Shown in pieces: positions 10,428 to 20,548 of a stretch of DNA of 64,000 bases. Under the pieces are notes generated by a model. It had not been told where the DNA came from and did not search any database. It saw only the letters and a list, made by a program, of their open reading frames with translations. A program made the translations under genes and the position numbers. Each line of letters starts with the position of its first letter. Positions within the stretch are counted from its first letter, which is position 1. Source of the stretch: Opitutales bacterium (GTDB lineage Bacteria; Verrucomicrobiota; Verrucomicrobiia; Opitutales; JBHJGM01); the NCBI GenBank assembly GCA_050331595.1, contig JBHJGQ010000012.1:24112-88111 (forward strand), read 5' to 3'.

Positions 10428-11555
10428 CTAGCTGTCGCCGTCGTCTTCGGTCAGCGAGGACTCCTCGGAGGCGTCGCTGAAGATGCCGCCGCCCACCATC
10501 GCGCGGCTGCGCCGGCGATTGCTTTCCAGCTGCCTCTGTCCTTCCAGCGAGTGGCGCGTGAACGGCACCGCCAGCAGGCGCTCCTTGTCGATGGGCTCGC
10601 CGGTGATCTCGCAATTGCCGTAAGTGCCGTTGCGAATGCGCTTGAGCGCTTCCTCAATCTCGTAGAGCAACTCCTGCTCGTTGGAGACCAAACTGAGCGC
10701 GAAATCGCGGTCGGCGCTGTCACTGCCGGCGTCGGCCATGTGCTGCCCGTAGCCGGAAAGGTCTCCGGACTCGTCCTTGCTGGATTTGCGCAGGGTTTCG
10801 CTGGTGTGCAGGTTCAGGCCGTCGCGCACGCGGTCGCGCAGCTCGATCAGCGCCTTGTGGAATTTCTTGAACTTCGGAGCAATCGACTCGGCCTCCACCT
10901 CGTCTTGACGCGGACCGGCTGGATTGAAGCCCAGGATATCCGCCAGCGAAGCCGCTCCCAGCACCCGGTTTTCCTGCGGCATGTCCTCGGCTACGGTGGC
11001 CTTCTTGGCGGCAGCCTTGGTCTTCGCGGTTTCTTCCTTTGTCTCGGCGGCGGTCTGGCGGCGCTTGTCGAGGATCTCCTTCACATCGTCCAGCGTGAAC
11101 ACGATCGGGGTGTTGCGCCGGTTGCGAATCTTGAAGACCGACGGGGTCTGCTTGCGTTTGCGCGCATCCAGCACGGCTTTTTCCTTGGAGGGGCCAGCGG
11201 TGGCTTTTTTGGCGGGAGCAGCGGAAGCGGTCGTCACGGACTTTTGGGCGGCAGGGGTTTTGGCGGCCTTCTTCGAGGACGCCGGTTTGGTCGCGGCTTT
11301 CTTAGGCGCCGCTTTCTTGGCTGCTGCTTTAGTCGGCTGCGCCGCGGTCTTCTTGACTGCCTTCTTGGGCGCCGCCTTCTTCGCGGCGGCGGTTTTCTTG
11401 GCCGGGGCCGCTTGCTTGGCCTGGGCGGTCTTTTTCACAGGCGCTTTCTTGGCCGGGCGACGCGCCGCCGCCGCCTGCGTCGTCGACTTTTTCGGGGTCG
11501 CGGCTTTGGTGGCAGTTTTTTTCTTGGCGGCGGTTTTGGTCTTTCGCGTTGGCAT
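10428..11555 (-). CDS. dksA: TraR/DksA family regulator with a histone-H1-like Lys/Ala-rich N-terminus
   Basis: HMADAGSD, EIEEALKRI..GTYGNCEITGEPI..ERL.AVP; N-terminal (AA)KK(A/T)A repeats; ileS-dksA-lspA order. Confidence 0.85.
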   Translation of the reverse strand: MPTRKTKTAAKKKTATKAATPKKSTTQAAAARRPAKKAPVKKTAQAKQAAPAKKTAAAKKAAPKKAVKKTAAQPTKAAAKKAAPKKAATKPASSKKAAKTPAAQKSVTTASAAPAKKATAGPSKEKAVLDARKRKQTPSVFKIRNRRNTPIVFTLDDVKEILDKRRQTAAETKEETAKTKAAAKKATVAEDMPQENRVLGAASLADILGFNPAGPRQDEVEAESIAPKFKKFHKALIELRDRVRDGLNLHTSETLRKSSKDESGDLSGYGQHMADAGSDSADRDFALSLVSNEQELLYEIEEALKRIRNGTYGNCEITGEPIDKERLLAVPFTRHSLEGQRQLESNRRRSRAMVGGGIFSDASEESSLTEDDGDS

Positions 11556-11586
11556 GATCGGTCCTGTCTAAAGCAGGGGTTGCGGG

Positions 11587-14409
11587 TTACGAGCCGTGGG
11601 CCAGATTGGACCCTCTGCGGGCCATCAAGGCTTCACGGCAGCGGGGCGAGACATCCCCAAATTCTCCGGCACTGACCAGTTGCGGCACCCAACGCCAACT
11701 GCGCGGACAACGCACGCCGTCGGCATGACGCACCTCCACCGCAACCGCGTCGGCACTGCTGGAAGGAATCAGGTGTACCTGAGAAACAATGAAAAATTCG
11801 GCCAGCGACTCCGCGTACTTTTCCAGCAGCTCGTAAGTCGCATCTCCAGGTGAGCCCTCGATCAGCACCTGCGCGTCCAGGGACTGGCCAATATGCTTGG
11901 CCCTGCGTGCTTCCTCCAGCTTCTCGTTCACGCGGTCGCGGAAGCCCAGCACCTGGTCGACCTCCGCGGCCACCGTCGGGTGAACCCAACGCTCGTCCTG
12001 CGTGGGCCAGGACTGCACGTGGACCGACGCCTCGGCGAAATCCTCATTGCTCTGAAAATACGCCCAGGCTTCGTCGGCGGTAAATGTCAGGATAGGCGCC
12101 ACCAGCCGACACAACACCTGGAAAATCGCATGGATCGCCGTTTGCGAGGACCGGCGTTCGGGCCAATCAAACCCGTAGGTATAGAGCCGGTCCTTCAGGA
12201 TGTCGTGATACAGCGCCGACAGGCTCGTGTTGCAATAGTTGGCCACCAACTGGTAGGCGCGGTGAAACTCGAAGGCCTCGTAAGCCTCGGTCACCTCGCC
12301 GATCAACGCGTGGGTCTTGTGCAGCGCCCACTGGTCGATGGCCGACAGTTCCTCCAGCGGCAGCGAATCCGTCACCGCGTTGAAATCGTACAGGTTGCTG
12401 ATCTGGTAGCGCAGCGTGTTGCGAACGTCTCGGTAGGTCTTCGAGATGTTCTTGAGGATTCCGTCCGAGACCGGGATGTCGTTCACGTAATCCTGCGAGC
12501 TGATCCACAGCCGCAAAATGTCCGCACCGTACCGGTCCACGTAGCTGTCTGCGGTTTGCGGTTTACCGTCGCTTTTGGAGATCTTGCGCTTGTTCTCATC
12601 GACGATAAACCCGTGTGTGACCACGCGCTTGTAGGGCTTTGCCCCGTCGGCGATCATCGCCGTCCACAGTGAAGACTGGAACCAGCCGCGGTGCTGGTCG
12701 CTGCCCTCCAGGTAGACGTCCGCCGGCCACGCCAGCGCATCCTGGCGCTGTAAGACCGCCCGGTGACTGCAACCCGAGTCGATCCAGACGTCCATCGTGT
12801 CGCCGCCTTTGGTCAGCTTGGACGCGTCCCAGCCCTCGGGCAGGACAACCTCCGACAGCAGCGCCGCCGGCGACTGCTCCCACCACACATTGGAGCCGTG
12901 TGTCTCTACCTTCTCGGCCACCGCTTCGATGACCTGCGGATCCAGCAAAGGTTGCCCATCCTCGTCGCGATAAAACACCGGCAGGGGCATCCCCCAGGAA
13001 CGCTGGCGGCTGATACACCAGTCCGGCCTCGACTCGACTGCGCCTCGAATCCGGTTCTCGCCCCAGTCGGGAACCCACCTTACCTGCTCAATCTCGTTGA
13101 GGGCCTGCTGCCGCAAACCGTCCTTGTCCAGGGCGACAAACCACTGGTCCATCGCGCGAAAAACAACCGGCGTCTTCGACCGCCAGCAGTGCGGGTACTG
13201 GTGGTGGTACACCTCGTGGTGGACCAGCGCCTGCCTCGCACGCAAAATCTCGAGCACTGCATCGTTGGCCGGGCACTTGCCGTTACGCTCCAGTACCGTC
13301 ACACCCACAAGGTCCTCCGGAATCTGTCCATCGGCCACGTAGCGTCCCTGATCGTCGATCGGGCAATAGATATCCAGCCCGTACTTGAGCCCGGTATGGT
13401 AGTCGTCCAAGCCGTGCCCGGGCGCGGTGTGCACGCAACCGGTGCCGGCCTCCAGCGTGACGTAGTCCGCCACGACCACCGGACTGGCCCGGTCGATGAA
13501 CGGGTGCCGCGCCTGGAGGCCTTCGAGCGCTTTGCCAGACACCGCCGCACCGACCTGGGCTCCCTCCAGTTTGGCGCGCGCGATGAAATCCTCGGCCAGC
13601 TGCCGCGCGACCAGGTAGACCTGTCCGTCGTGCGACACCGGCACGTATTCAAATTCCGGATGCACCGCGATGGCGAGATTGGCCGGGAGCGTCCAGGGCG
13701 TCGTCGTCCAGATGACGATGCGGGTCTTCGAGTCGAGTCCGGCTTTCGCGCCTTCCTCCGCCGGGACGTCAAAGGCCACCCAAATCGACGGACTCTCATG
13801 GTCCTTGTATTCGATCTCGGCCTCGGCCAGGGCGGTCTCGCAGGGAATGGACCAATACACCGGCTTTTTGCTGCGGTAGACGAGGTCTTTCTCCACGAAG
13901 GAGGCAAAGGTACGCAGGATGTCGGCTTCGTACGCCGGGTCCATCGTCCGGTACTCCGAGGCCCAGTCGGCCAACACGCCCAGGCGCTGGAATTGCGCAC
14001 GCTGCGTTTCGATAAATCCCCGCGAAAACTCAGCGCAGGCCTCGCGCAACTGCACCGGCGTCAGCTCGCGGTTTTCCGCCCGCAGCTGCCGCGCGACTTT
14101 GTACTCGATGGGCAGGCCGTGGCAGTCCCAGCCCGGCACGTAGGGCGTGCGGTAGCCCTGCATGCTTTTGAAGCGCAGGATGAAGTCTTTGAGGATCTTG
14201 TTGAGCGCCGTGCCGATGTGGACATCGCCGTTGGTGAAGGGCGGCCCGTCGTGCAACACAAAGACATCGCCCGACGCGTTGGTCTGCTGAATCGAGGCGT
14301 ACAGCCCCGCTTCCGCCCATCGCGCCAATCGCTGCGGTTCACGCTCAACCAGATTGGCCCGCATCGGGAAATCGGTCCGCGGCAGATTGAGGGTGTCCTT
14401 GAGATCCAT
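11587..14409 (-). CDS. ileS: isoleucine--tRNA ligase (type 1)
   Basis: TLNLPRTDFPMRANL, HDGPPF.NG..HIGT, GWDCHGLPIE, WTTTPWTL, DWCISRQR, EGSDQHRGWF, KISKS; start set at ATG 14409. Confidence 0.97.
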   Translation of the reverse strand: MDLKDTLNLPRTDFPMRANLVEREPQRLARWAEAGLYASIQQTNASGDVFVLHDGPPFTNGDVHIGTALNKILKDFILRFKSMQGYRTPYVPGWDCHGLPIEYKVARQLRAENRELTPVQLREACAEFSRGFIETQRAQFQRLGVLADWASEYRTMDPAYEADILRTFASFVEKDLVYRSKKPVYWSIPCETALAEAEIEYKDHESPSIWVAFDVPAEEGAKAGLDSKTRIVIWTTTPWTLPANLAIAVHPEFEYVPVSHDGQVYLVARQLAEDFIARAKLEGAQVGAAVSGKALEGLQARHPFIDRASPVVVADYVTLEAGTGCVHTAPGHGLDDYHTGLKYGLDIYCPIDDQGRYVADGQIPEDLVGVTVLERNGKCPANDAVLEILRARQALVHHEVYHHQYPHCWRSKTPVVFRAMDQWFVALDKDGLRQQALNEIEQVRWVPDWGENRIRGAVESRPDWCISRQRSWGMPLPVFYRDEDGQPLLDPQVIEAVAEKVETHGSNVWWEQSPAALLSEVVLPEGWDASKLTKGGDTMDVWIDSGCSHRAVLQRQDALAWPADVYLEGSDQHRGWFQSSLWTAMIADGAKPYKRVVTHGFIVDENKRKISKSDGKPQTADSYVDRYGADILRLWISSQDYVNDIPVSDGILKNISKTYRDVRNTLRYQISNLYDFNAVTDSLPLEELSAIDQWALHKTHALIGEVTEAYEAFEFHRAYQLVANYCNTSLSALYHDILKDRLYTYGFDWPERRSSQTAIHAIFQVLCRLVAPILTFTADEAWAYFQSNEDFAEASVHVQSWPTQDERWVHPTVAAEVDQVLGFRDRVNEKLEEARRAKHIGQSLDAQVLIEGSPGDATYELLEKYAESLAEFFIVSQVHLIPSSSADAVAVEVRHADGVRCPRSWRWVPQLVSAGEFGDVSPRCREALMARRGSNLAHGS

Positions 14410-14651
14410 TGCAGGGCGGACCGCGCTTGCAGCGCACTGTCCGTCGATTGAAAAGGCGCAAAAGTTTGTGTCTGGGCCCCTTAAAGTCAAGGTCAGAAGG
14501 CCCTGCCAGTGATCGCCCGGCGGCGGTCAAATCTTTGGCGCAGGCTCAGGTTTTGCTTTATTCCCGGCCCCACTTCGGTAACGTGGCCGGTTTCGTCCCA
14601 GGTCCAAAGACGACCGTGCGGCACCCAGCCACCGCGGCGTTTCCATCGACA

Positions 14652-15626
14652 GTGATCCCCTACAGCGAACTCTCCGTCCTCATCCTGATCCTTCTGTTGT
14701 TGGGCGGCCTGGTGATGCTCTCGTTGGGTGGTGACCTGCTCGCGCGCGGCTCGGCTTCCCTGGCGCTGGCCCTCAACGTCAATCCGGTCGTGATCGGTCT
14801 GACGATTGTGGCGGTGGCGACCTCCCTGCCCGAGTTGGTCACCGGACTGATCGCCGCCGGCGATGGCGAGGACGACCTGGCCATGGGCAACATCGTCGGC
14901 AGCAACCTGGCCAACGTCGGCCTGATCCTGGGTATTTCCGCGCTGATTTTCCCGCTCAAGATCCAGGCCCGGCTGTTGCGCAAAGAGGTGCCTGTGCTCG
15001 TGGGCGTGTCCGTCCTCTTCATGATTTTCTGCCTGGACGGGCTCAACCGCTGGGAAGGCGGCCTGCTGCTGCTGGCGATGCTGGGTTACCTCTATTTCGT
15101 GACGCGCCAGGCCGAAAGCCTGCCCCCGGAGGAGGCCAAGGAATTCTCGCCCGAATTGCAGAATCCCATCCGGTCGATGCCGCGTTGCCTTCTGTTTGTG
15201 GCCATTGGCGGGGTGCTGCTCTGGCTGGGGGCCGAATTGCTCGTCAACAGTGCCGCCGTTCTGGCCGAAAAAGCCGGCATCAGTCGCGTCATCGTCGGTC
15301 TGACCATCGTCGCCATCGGCACCAGTTTGCCCGAACTCGCCGCCTCCGTCGCGGCCGCCCTACGTAAGCAAAGCGACATCATCGCCGGCAACATCGTCGG
15401 TTCGAACATCTTCAACATCGTCCTGATCGGCGGCGGCGTGGGCACCACCTACACCCTGGAAGTGCATCCAAGCCTCTTCATGCTGGAGCTGCCGGCGATC
15501 ATCGTGTCTTCTGTCCTGCTCTGGTTTATCTTCAACACACAGCGTCAGGTGGTGCGCGCCGAAGGTTTGATTCTGGTCGTGCTGTATTGTGTCGCGATCA
15601 CCGTCTCCACCATCTTGCAGTGGTAA
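14652..15626 (+). CDS. calcium/sodium antiporter (YrbG/CaCA family)
   Basis: Two alpha-repeats: [17 protein letters not shown] and [20 protein letters not shown] start estimated. Confidence 0.92.
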   Translation: MIPYSELSVLILILLLLGGLVMLSLGGDLLARGSASLALALNVNPVVIGLTIVAVATSLPELVTGLIAAGDGEDDLAMGNIVGSNLANVGLILGISALIFPLKIQARLLRKEVPVLVGVSVLFMIFCLDGLNRWEGGLLLLAMLGYLYFVTRQAESLPPEEAKEFSPELQNPIRSMPRCLLFVAIGGVLLWLGAELLVNSAAVLAEKAGISRVIVGLTIVAIGTSLPELAASVAAALRKQSDIIAGNIVGSNIFNIVLIGGGVGTTYTLEVHPSLFMLELPAIIVSSVLLWFIFNTQRQVVRAEGLILVVLYCVAITVSTILQW

Positions 15627-15726
15627 CAACGTCTTTGAATCTGCCCGCTCACACAGGCGCTCAAGTTCGCGCGCCTTTTTCGGGACAACGATTCCGGTCT
15701 CGCCAGCCTCCTTCACGCGAACTTCC

Positions 15727-15744
15727 CTGACAAATCTCTGTCAA
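15727..15744 (+). promoter_or_regulatory. candidate operator upstream of gpmI (CTGACAA-ATCT-CTGTCAA)
   Basis: 11-bp-spaced direct repeat that also reads as TGACA-N6-TGTCA inverted repeat, about 35 nt before the ATG. Confidence 0.25.
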
Positions 15745-15777
15745 AACGCCTTCAACCCAATCCGACCAACCCGTTCC

Positions 15778-17346
15778 ATGTCTCCTGTTTTGCTGATCAT
15801 CCGCGATGGCTGGGGTGCTAATCACAACGACGACCACGACGCCTTCAACGCCGTCAAACGCGCTCACACGCCCCACTGCGACCGCCTGTCGGCAGAGTGG
15901 CCCCGTACCGAAATCGCCGCCCACGGGCCCGACGTCGGCCTGCGCGAGGGCATCATGGGCAACAGCGAGGTCGGCCACCAAAACATCGGCGCCGGGCGCA
16001 TCGTCGACCAGGAGATCGTCCGCATCGACAAAGCCCTTGAAACTGGCGCGCTGCGCCAGAACGCGGTTTTCGCCAAAGCCATCGAACGCGCCCAAGCCGG
16101 CGGTGCCCTGCACTTTTTCGGCCTCTGCTCCGACGCCGGCGTCCACGCCATGCTCGAGCACCTTTACGGCCTGACCACCCTGATCCAGGAAGCCGGACTG
16201 TCCCGGGTGTACCTGCATGCCTTCACCGATGGCCGCGACACGTCGCCCAAGTCCGGTTTGGGCTTCCTCAAGGAGGTCGAGGCGACGTTCGCCGAAATCG
16301 GTGTGGGGCAGATCGCCAGCGTTTGCGGCCGTTTCTGGGCGATGGACCGCGACAAGCGTTGGGAGCGCGTTCAGCAGGCCTATGATTGCCTGACAGGCCG
16401 CAACGTCGAGCGCACCGCAAAGTCCGCCACCGAGGCGCTCGAGTACTACTACGCCAACCCCCTCGACGATTCACGCCAGGGTGACGAATTCGTCGTGCCC
16501 ACCCAGATTGTCGACGGCGAGGGTCAGCCGGTGGCCACCGTCAACGACGGCGACGCGGTCATTTTCTTCAACTTTCGGGGCGACCGCCCGCGCGAACTCA
16601 CCCGCGCCTTCATCGACGAAGACTTCGACGGCTTCGACCGCGGCCCCCGACGCGACCTCTTTTACGTCACCATGACCGAGTACGAGAAGGGCCTCTGCCC
16701 CAACGTGCTTTTCCTCAAGCCGCCGAAGATGCCGAACATCCTTGGCACCTACGTCAGCGAGCAGGGCCTCAAGCAGTTCCGTTGCGCCGAGACCGAGAAG
16801 TTCCCGCACGTCACCTTCTTTATCAACGACTACCGCGAGGAGCCCCTACCGGGCGAGGAGCGCCAGATCGTGCCCAGCCCCAAGGAGGTTGCCACCTACG
16901 ACCAGAAACCCGAAATGAGCGCCCCAGGCGTCACTGCCGCCGCCAAGGAGGCCATTCTTTCCGGGGAGTTTGCGCTGCTGGTCGTCAACTACGCCAACCC
17001 GGACATGGTGGGTCACACCGGTTCGCTGGAAGCTGCCCAAAAGGCCTGTGAAACCGTCGACGCCGGCGTGGGCGAACTTCTCGAAGCCCTCGATGAGGTG
17101 GGCGGCAAGGCGCTCATCACCGCCGACCACGGCAACGCCGACCAGATGTTTGACCCCAAGACCGACGGCCCGCACACCCAGCACACCCTCAATCCCGTCG
17201 AGGTCGTCCTCTACGGCAAGCACTGTCAAGACCTCAAGCTCAGCCAGGAAGGCGGACGCCTGGCCGACATCGCACCGACGCTCCTCAAGCTCATGGCCCT
17301 GCCGCAGCCCGCCGAAATGACCGGCCAGTGCCTGATTGTTGGTTGA
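15778..17346 (+). CDS. gpmI: 2,3-bisphosphoglycerate-independent phosphoglycerate mutase
   Basis: [63 protein letters not shown]. Confidence 0.97.
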   Translation: MSPVLLIIRDGWGANHNDDHDAFNAVKRAHTPHCDRLSAEWPRTEIAAHGPDVGLREGIMGNSEVGHQNIGAGRIVDQEIVRIDKALETGALRQNAVFAKAIERAQAGGALHFFGLCSDAGVHAMLEHLYGLTTLIQEAGLSRVYLHAFTDGRDTSPKSGLGFLKEVEATFAEIGVGQIASVCGRFWAMDRDKRWERVQQAYDCLTGRNVERTAKSATEALEYYYANPLDDSRQGDEFVVPTQIVDGEGQPVATVNDGDAVIFFNFRGDRPRELTRAFIDEDFDGFDRGPRRDLFYVTMTEYEKGLCPNVLFLKPPKMPNILGTYVSEQGLKQFRCAETEKFPHVTFFINDYREEPLPGEERQIVPSPKEVATYDQKPEMSAPGVTAAAKEAILSGEFALLVVNYANPDMVGHTGSLEAAQKACETVDAGVGELLEALDEVGGKALITADHGNADQMFDPKTDGPHTQHTLNPVEVVLYGKHCQDLKLSQEGGRLADIAPTLLKLMALPQPAEMTGQCLIVG

Positions 17347-17357
17347 GGCCGACCGCC

Positions 17358-17672
17358 TCAGCGAAGGCCGCGAAGTTGCTCGCGAAAGCTGCGTCGTTCG
17401 GCGTCGAAACGGACCGCTTCAAACTCGGCCCAGTAATCGGCTACGTGTCGGTCCAGATCGGCTGAAGCCGCTCGGCCCACCCGCATCTTCAACCGCGCCC
17501 GGAGTCGGTAGGCTTTGGGTAAAATTGGAGCCACCGCTGTCTTCGTGTGCCGAGACAGGAACGAAATCCAGTAACGGCGTTCGCGCCTCAAGGGCACCTG
17601 CAGTTCATCCGCCGTGCTGTAGAAAAGCCCACCGGCGAAAGAGTCGTGATAGACCTTAAGCAATCCGCTCAC
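17358..17672 (-). CDS. small hypothetical protein
   Basis: 104-aa ORF exactly filling the gap between gpmI and the next gene; no family recognised. Confidence 0.45.
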   Translation of the reverse strand: MSGLLKVYHDSFAGGLFYSTADELQVPLRRERRYWISFLSRHTKTAVAPILPKAYRLRARLKMRVGRAASADLDRHVADYWAEFEAVRFDAERRSFREQLRGLR

Positions 17673-17717
17673 CGTTTTGCCTCGATTGGACCAATGGCCA
17701 TTGCTCTAGTCACACCC

Positions 17718-18542
17718 ATGAAACTCGCATTCATGACGCTGGGCTGCCCGGATTGGGACCTGCCCACCATCTGCCGGCGCGGACAGCAGTACGGCTACGA
17801 CGGGGTCGATTTTCGCGGTCTTCAGCAGCAACTCGACGTCACCGTCATGCCCGAGTTCACCACCGGCGCCGCGGCCACGAAAACCCTGCTCGCGGACCAC
17901 GGATTGGAAATCAGCGCGATTTCTTCGTCCATTCGGCTTTGCCAGTCAGACGCGCGCGCAGACAACCTCGCCGAAGCCCAACGCCACATCGAGGTGGCCC
18001 AGACCTTTGGGGTCGAGCGCCTCCGCGTTTTCGGCGGCGGCGACCTGGCCAATCATTCCCAAGAGGCGCTGAAAGCCGTCGGCATCGAGATGATGCACGC
18101 CATCCTGGACCTCGACGGTGCCGCCGACTGCATCTGGATGTTCGAGACCCACGACCACTGGGTCGCCCGCGAGCACGCTTTGGCCCTCGTCAACGGCGTG
18201 GACCACCCCCGCTTTCAGGTGCTCTGGGACATGGCGCATTGCTTTCGCATCGCCGAGGAGAGCCCGCAGGAGTGCCTCCAGGCCTACGGAACGCGCATTA
18301 CCTACGCCCACCTCAAGGACGCCGTCTACGAGCCCGAGAACCCGCTGGCGCTGAAGGACGGCTGGCGCTACGTCCCAGCCGGCGAAGGTCAGCTGCCCAT
18401 CGGCGAAGCAGTCGAAGGCCTCAAATCCATCGGCTACGACGGCTGGCTCCAATTCGAGCACGAAAAGCGCTGGCACCGCAACCTGGACGAGCCCGAAGAC
18501 ATCTTTCCAAAGTTCGCCCGATGGGCCCGGCACTTTTGCTGA
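17718..18542 (+). CDS. sugar phosphate isomerase/epimerase (TIM barrel, AP_endonuc_2 family)
   Basis: MKLAFMTLGCPDW, GYDGVDFR, ETHD, LWD..H, HLKD, GEG, GYDGWLQFEHEKRW. Confidence 0.88.
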   Translation: MKLAFMTLGCPDWDLPTICRRGQQYGYDGVDFRGLQQQLDVTVMPEFTTGAAATKTLLADHGLEISAISSSIRLCQSDARADNLAEAQRHIEVAQTFGVERLRVFGGGDLANHSQEALKAVGIEMMHAILDLDGAADCIWMFETHDHWVAREHALALVNGVDHPRFQVLWDMAHCFRIAEESPQECLQAYGTRITYAHLKDAVYEPENPLALKDGWRYVPAGEGQLPIGEAVEGLKSIGYDGWLQFEHEKRWHRNLDEPEDIFPKFARWARHFC

Positions 18543-18581
18543 CAACCCGTACAAGACCGTTTGGTCTATCTCTTGCTTCCC

Positions 18582-19139
18582 ATGAACGACGCTGACGATC
18601 CGCCACCGCTGCCCGCACGCAATCCCAAGCCCGAACAGTCCCCGCAGTCCATCGGACGTGCCTCGCTCAAGCGTATCAACGGCATTCTCCACCGAGTGAC
18701 ACCTCTCTTCGACGAAGCCGGCCAGCTCGTGCAGTGGGCGGTGGCCCCGGTCATGGTCGAGTTGCGCCTGCGCGACCTCTTGCAGATTCTGGTCGGCTCT
18801 TCGCTGCTGGCGGTGCCGGTTGCCTTCACCGAAGAGACCTGGAATTTGGGCGAACGCCTCCCCCTGGCCAACGTGCTGGGCCTGTCGGCGGTGTCCATCG
18901 CGATGATCGCCGCCTTCGTCTATTACAACTTCTACCGCGTGGGCTTTCGCCAGCATATTTTCGAGTACCTCAAGCGCGTACTGGCCATTTACGGCCTCTC
19001 TTTGCTGGTGGTGGCGGCCATCCTGACCATCATCCTGCAATGTCCGTGGCAAACCGACCCTGTTTTGGCGCTCAAGCGGGTGATTCTGGTTGGCTACCCG
19101 GCCAGCATGTCCGCTGCCGTGACCGATTCGATCAAGTAA
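18582..19139 (+). CDS. DUF2391-like integral membrane protein
   Basis: RDLLQILVGSSLLAVPVAFTEETW and PASMSAAVTD motifs; several TM segments. Confidence 0.75.
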   Translation: MNDADDPPPLPARNPKPEQSPQSIGRASLKRINGILHRVTPLFDEAGQLVQWAVAPVMVELRLRDLLQILVGSSLLAVPVAFTEETWNLGERLPLANVLGLSAVSIAMIAAFVYYNFYRVGFRQHIFEYLKRVLAIYGLSLLVVAAILTIILQCPWQTDPVLALKRVILVGYPASMSAAVTDSIK

Positions 19140-19158
19140 GCGGCAAACCACCTCGAAC

Positions 19159-19392
19159 GTGCGCCGGCTCAAACGGATGCTGCTGTGGACGGCGTGCCTC
19201 TGGCTGTGGCTGGCGGCGATGATCAACCTTGGGCTGGTCATTCAGTTCAACCAGGAGCGCGTTCTGCCCTTTGGGGATCCGGAAAACCCCGGCCCGGCCA
19301 TTGCCGGCATTTTTTTGGGCATGGTCGCCTGCGCCTTTGCGGCGTTTTTCCTGGTTATTTACCTGGCGCGCTCACGACCTTCGCGTCGCTGA
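19159..19392 (+). CDS. small membrane protein (2 TM)
   Basis: 77-aa ORF with two hydrophobic stretches, 19 nt after the DUF2391 stop. Confidence 0.5.
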   Translation: MRRLKRMLLWTACLWLWLAAMINLGLVIQFNQERVLPFGDPENPGPAIAGIFLGMVACAFAAFFLVIYLARSRPSRR

Positions 19393-20398
19393 CAGCGGCC
19401 GAAGACGCCAAGCGCTTGGCCTTCTCGATACGGTCGCAGAGCAGCCCGCCCAGAATCAGTTGCAGCGGGTGGTACAGCAACAGCGGCAACACGATCAGCC
19501 CGAGCGAAGCCGACATGCCCGCGAAAATCGACTGCGCCATCGGCAAACCCGAAGCCAGGGTCTTTTGCGCGCCGCAGAAAAGCAGGGCCGATTGACCTTT
19601 GGCGCCCGCTGGCAGGAGGCGCCACCCGATCGCGTAAACCGCCCCGTGCAACAGCCCCATCAACAGGCAGACCAACACCACCGTCTCGACCACCAGGATC
19701 GGCTCGTGGGTGCTCCACACCTTGTTGTGAAAGGAGTTGGCGAAGGCCGCGAAGACGATGAAGGCGATCAGCACCGAGCAGGCGTTGGAGAGCTTCTTTT
19801 TGAACGGGTCGATCGCCCCGCGCGCCATCGGCCGCAGTACCTGCCCCAGGAAAAACGGCAGCACGATCAACAAAGCGATGCGACCGATCGAGTTCAGGAG
19901 GGCTTCGCCGTCGAACCCGCCCTGACCCGCACCATACAGGGTCACCGCCACCGGCACGAGCACCACGCCCAGCAGATTCGAGAGCGTTCCGTTGAACAGA
20001 GCCGCCGTCACGTCGCCGCCCGCGCGCAGGGTCAGCACCATTGCGCTGGAAAGGGTGGTCGGCAGCACCGATAGGTAGAAAAAGCCCATCCGCAGCTCCG
20101 GTGGCAAACCCAGCAGCGCACTCGCCGGCCAGAGCACGAGCGCGAACAAGACCGGCGCGAGGACGAAGATGCAGCCGTGGCAGATCGCGTGCAGGCGCCA
20201 GTCTTTGAGGCCCTGCAGCAATTCCTCCGTGCGCAAGAGCAGCCCCTGAATCAGGAAAATCACGAATACGCCCACCTTGGTCGTTACCTCCGTGCGCAGC
20301 AGCCCGCCTGAGCGCCCCACATCCGGAATCAGCCAGCCCAGAAACACCGCCAGCAGCAGCGCGAGAATGAACCAGTTACGTTGACTCCAGGAGAGCAT
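19355..20398 (-). CDS. bile acid:sodium symporter family (SBF-like) transporter
   Basis: IFLIQG, LPTTLSS, AGGD...ALFN.TLSNLLGV, FCGAQKTLASGLPMA, PLLLYHPLQL. Confidence 0.9.
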   Translation of the reverse strand: MLSWSQRNWFILALLLAVFLGWLIPDVGRSGGLLRTEVTTKVGVFVIFLIQGLLLRTEELLQGLKDWRLHAICHGCIFVLAPVLFALVLWPASALLGLPPELRMGFFYLSVLPTTLSSAMVLTLRAGGDVTAALFNGTLSNLLGVVLVPVAVTLYGAGQGGFDGEALLNSIGRIALLIVLPFFLGQVLRPMARGAIDPFKKKLSNACSVLIAFIVFAAFANSFHNKVWSTHEPILVVETVVLVCLLMGLLHGAVYAIGWRLLPAGAKGQSALLFCGAQKTLASGLPMAQSIFAGMSASLGLIVLPLLLYHPLQLILGGLLCDRIEKAKRLASSAAVSDAKVVSAPGK

Positions 20399-20548
20399 CG
20401 GAATGAGCGGGCAGGGGTGACGGGAACCAACGCATGGGTGGGCCAGGCAAGCCCGGGGCGCAAGCCATCACTTGCCCGGCGGGACTTGCGGGGCCGTGCT
20501 TCCGGTGTTTGGCTCGTAGCGCAATCAGCAAACTTCGCGCCTGTCGCC

